DNA of 64,000 nucleotides from an uncultured Gemmatimonadales bacterium (GTDB lineage: Bacteria; Gemmatimonadota; Gemmatimonadetes; Longimicrobiales; Gaopeijiaceae). Positions 62,243 through 64,000 of the stretch are shown piece after piece; positions within the stretch are counted from its first letter, which is position 1; the number at the start of each line of letters is the position of its first letter. Location: the NCBI GenBank assembly GCA_963809895.1, contig CAWELD010000003.1, positions 480,001 to 544,000 of the forward strand, in the 5' to 3' direction. The notes beneath the pieces were generated by a model. It was not told where the DNA came from and did no database searches. It worked only from the letters and a program-made list of their open reading frames with translations. A program made the translations under genes and the position numbers.

Positions 62243-63451
62243 TCACTCCACCTGACAAACGAGGCACTTGAGGTAGGCCGTTTCGGGACAGGTGGGTGAC
62301 ACGGGATGATCGGAGGGCTGGCCGTGCGCTTCCAGAATGCGCACGCGCCGGCCCGTCCGCTCTTCCACCCCCGCCAGCACCTGCACGAACTGATCACGGC
62401 TCACGCGGCCGGTGCACGAGCAGGTCACCAGAATCCCGCCTGGCTCCAGGCACCCCACGGCCAGCTCGTTGAGCCGGCCGTAACCCTTGAGCGCCTGGGG
62501 CACGCCGCGGCTGGAGCGCGCGAAGCGGGGCGGGTCCAGGACGATCATGTCGTAGCGCGCCCCGGCCTCGCCCCGGGACTCCAGCCAGCCGAAGGCGTCG
62601 GATTCGGTGACGCTCAGCCGCTCGCCGTCCAGCCCGTTCCGGCGCGCGTTCTCGCGGGCCAGCTCCAGCGCCGAGCCGGACACGTCCACCGCGTCCACGC
62701 TGGCCGCGCCCGCCGCCAGCATGGGCAGCGTGAATCCCCCGGTGTAGCAGCACACGTCGGCTACCCGCCGCCCTGGTGCGTAGCGCGCGGCCCGCGCCCG
62801 GTTCTCGCGCTGATCCAGATACGCACCCGTCTTCTGACCGGTGCGCAGGTCCACGGCCCAGCGGAGCCCGTTCTCTAGGTATTCGACCGGCTCCGGGGGC
62901 TCGTCGCCGACCAGGGGCCCGTCGCTGATGTCCAGGCCTTCCTCTTCCAGGATCCCCTTCTGGGTGCGCAGCACGATTCCCTGGACGTCGACGTGCGGGG
63001 CCAGCGCATCGCGCAGCGCGGCGAGCAGGGCGTCCCGGCGCCCCCACAGCGCCAGGCTGGTGAACTGGACCGCGAGCCAGGTGCCGTAGCGGTCCACCGT
63101 GAGTCCGCTGATGCCGTCGCCCTCGGAGAACACCAGGCGGCAGGCGCCCTCGGGATCCAGGAGTCCCAGCGTCTCGCGGGAGGCCACGGCCCGCGCCACC
63201 AGCGTTCGCCAGAAGGCGTCCTCGAGCTCGTCTTCGGGGGACCACGTGTAGAGCCGCACGCGAATCTGGCTGCGTCCGTTGAAGAGCCCCCGGGCCACGA
63301 AGCTGCCGTCGTCGGCCCGCACCTCCACGGCGTCGCCGTCGTCCGGGTCGCCCTCCACCCGGGCCACCGAGCCCGAGAAGACCCAGGGGTGGCGCCCCAC
63401 GAAGGGCCGCTCGCGGCCTCGAGCGAGATGAACGACGGCGCGGGCAGACAC
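62243..63451 (-). CDS. rlmI: RlmI-like 23S rRNA m5C1962 methyltransferase
   Basis: PUA domain RHPWVFSG, SEGDGISGLTVDRY, GQKTGAYLDQRENR, CYTGGF, IVLDPPRF, TCSC, TAYLK. Confidence 0.88.
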   Translation of the reverse strand: MSARAVVHLARGRERPFVGRHPWVFSGSVARVEGDPDDGDAVEVRADDGSFVARGLFNGRSQIRVRLYTWSPEDELEDAFWRTLVARAVASRETLGLLDPEGACRLVFSEGDGISGLTVDRYGTWLAVQFTSLALWGRRDALLAALRDALAPHVDVQGIVLRTQKGILEEEGLDISDGPLVGDEPPEPVEYLENGLRWAVDLRTGQKTGAYLDQRENRARAARYAPGRRVADVCCYTGGFTLPMLAAGAASVDAVDVSGSALELARENARRNGLDGERLSVTESDAFGWLESRGEAGARYDMIVLDPPRFARSSRGVPQALKGYGRLNELAVGCLEPGGILVTCSCTGRVSRDQFVQVLAGVEERTGRRVRILEAHGQPSDHPVSPTCPETAYLKCLVCQVE

Positions 63452-63473
63452 AGGGCGGTGGCCGGGTGGGCGC

Positions 63474-63866
63474 TCAGCCCGAGGTGTCGCGCGCTGAGAC
63501 CGGCCCGGGGGTACTGTCGCCCTCGACCCCCTTGGTCTCCATGCGGCTCTCGACCTCGTCCCAGACGGCCTCCATGTAGGGCACGTCGGCGCCGTGGGCC
63601 TCGGCGAAATCCAGGAGGTCCTGGCCGCTGACGTCGTGCTCCTGGAGGATCCCGTCGCGCTGCGCGTCGCTGAGCTCGCCGGTGGGCGAGGTGACGGCCG
63701 CCACGCGCAGGTCCACCCAGGTGGCGATGAAGGTCTCGCGGTCGATGACCGACGCATCCGCTCCCTGGTCGCCGCATGCCGCGACCAGCGTCAGGGCGGC
63801 CCCCGTCAGCAGGGGGAGCAGGGCGGGGAGGCGGCGGAGACGGAGCCGCCGGGCGACGCTCGTCAT
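63474..63866 (-). CDS. hypothetical lipoprotein
   Basis: lipobox VAAC; IDRETFIATWVDLR; start overlaps the upstream stop (ATGA). Confidence 0.7.
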   Translation of the reverse strand: MTSVARRLRLRRLPALLPLLTGAALTLVAACGDQGADASVIDRETFIATWVDLRVAAVTSPTGELSDAQRDGILQEHDVSGQDLLDFAEAHGADVPYMEAVWDEVESRMETKGVEGDSTPGPVSARDTSG

Positions 63867-64000
63867 ACGGTGCGCGCCACGCGGTAGAGCCACACGCAGA
63901 AGGCCACGAACGCGGCGATGCCCAGCCAGCCGGCCACGGTCTCGAAGCCCGCGGGCGCCAGCGCCAGCACGTCGGTGCTCTGGGCCGCGGCGAAGGGGAT
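63863..64000 (-). CDS. C-terminal end of a membrane protein (truncated by the window edge)
   Basis: open frame IPFAAAQSTDVLALAPAGFETVAGWLGIAAFVAFCVWLYRVARTV*, overlapping the next start. Confidence 0.6.
   Translation of the reverse strand: MPFAAAQSTDVLALAPAGFETVAGWLGIAAFVAFCVWLYRVARTV

Overview
High-GC (~70% by eye) bacterial chromosomal segment made up almost entirely of core housekeeping genes. Inferred source is Gemmatimonadota (Longimicrobiales-like) or another FCB-group lineage, based on the rplM-rpsI-rpsB-tsf-pyrH-frr linkage, a Bacteroidota-like sigma70 lacking region 1.1, an Asp-type MurA and an archaeal/eukaryote-type ProRS. In order, the window holds: a partial sigma54 activator; a cobalamin riboswitch with a BtuB-like receptor; a matrixin protease; lepB; sigma70; rplM-rpsI-rpsB-tsf-pyrH-frr-uppS-cdsA-dxr-rseP (rseP frameshifted); a response regulator-manC-GlmU-like-MBL operon; a lipoprotein, serS, a histidine kinase and pcrA; a 7-gene minus-strand operon (PTS EIIA, PII-like, cation:H+ antiporter, glutaminase-like nitrilase, degenerate NadE-like protein, DUF948-like protein, Zn-phospholipase C-like protein); murA; a DUF559 remnant; a phasin-like gene; rimP-nusA-L7Ae-infB-DUF503-rbfA-truB-ribF-rpsO-pnp; an M16 peptidase, ald and dut; mreBCD-mrdA-rodA-accD-folC-hisS-proS-lysA-guaA; a palindromic repeat cluster; a truncated beta-propeller gene; RidA; an outer-membrane protein; an RlmI-like methyltransferase; and a lipoprotein. 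No tRNA, rRNA, cas gene, intact transposase or integrase was seen. The best candidate for an undescribed system is the EIIA/PII/antiporter operon with its intact glutaminase coupled to an apparently catalytically dead NAD-synthetase homologue (23.8-29.1 kb). The next best is the periodic palindromic repeat cluster after guaA (59.75-60.13 kb). All calls come from motif recognition by eye; no database searches were run.
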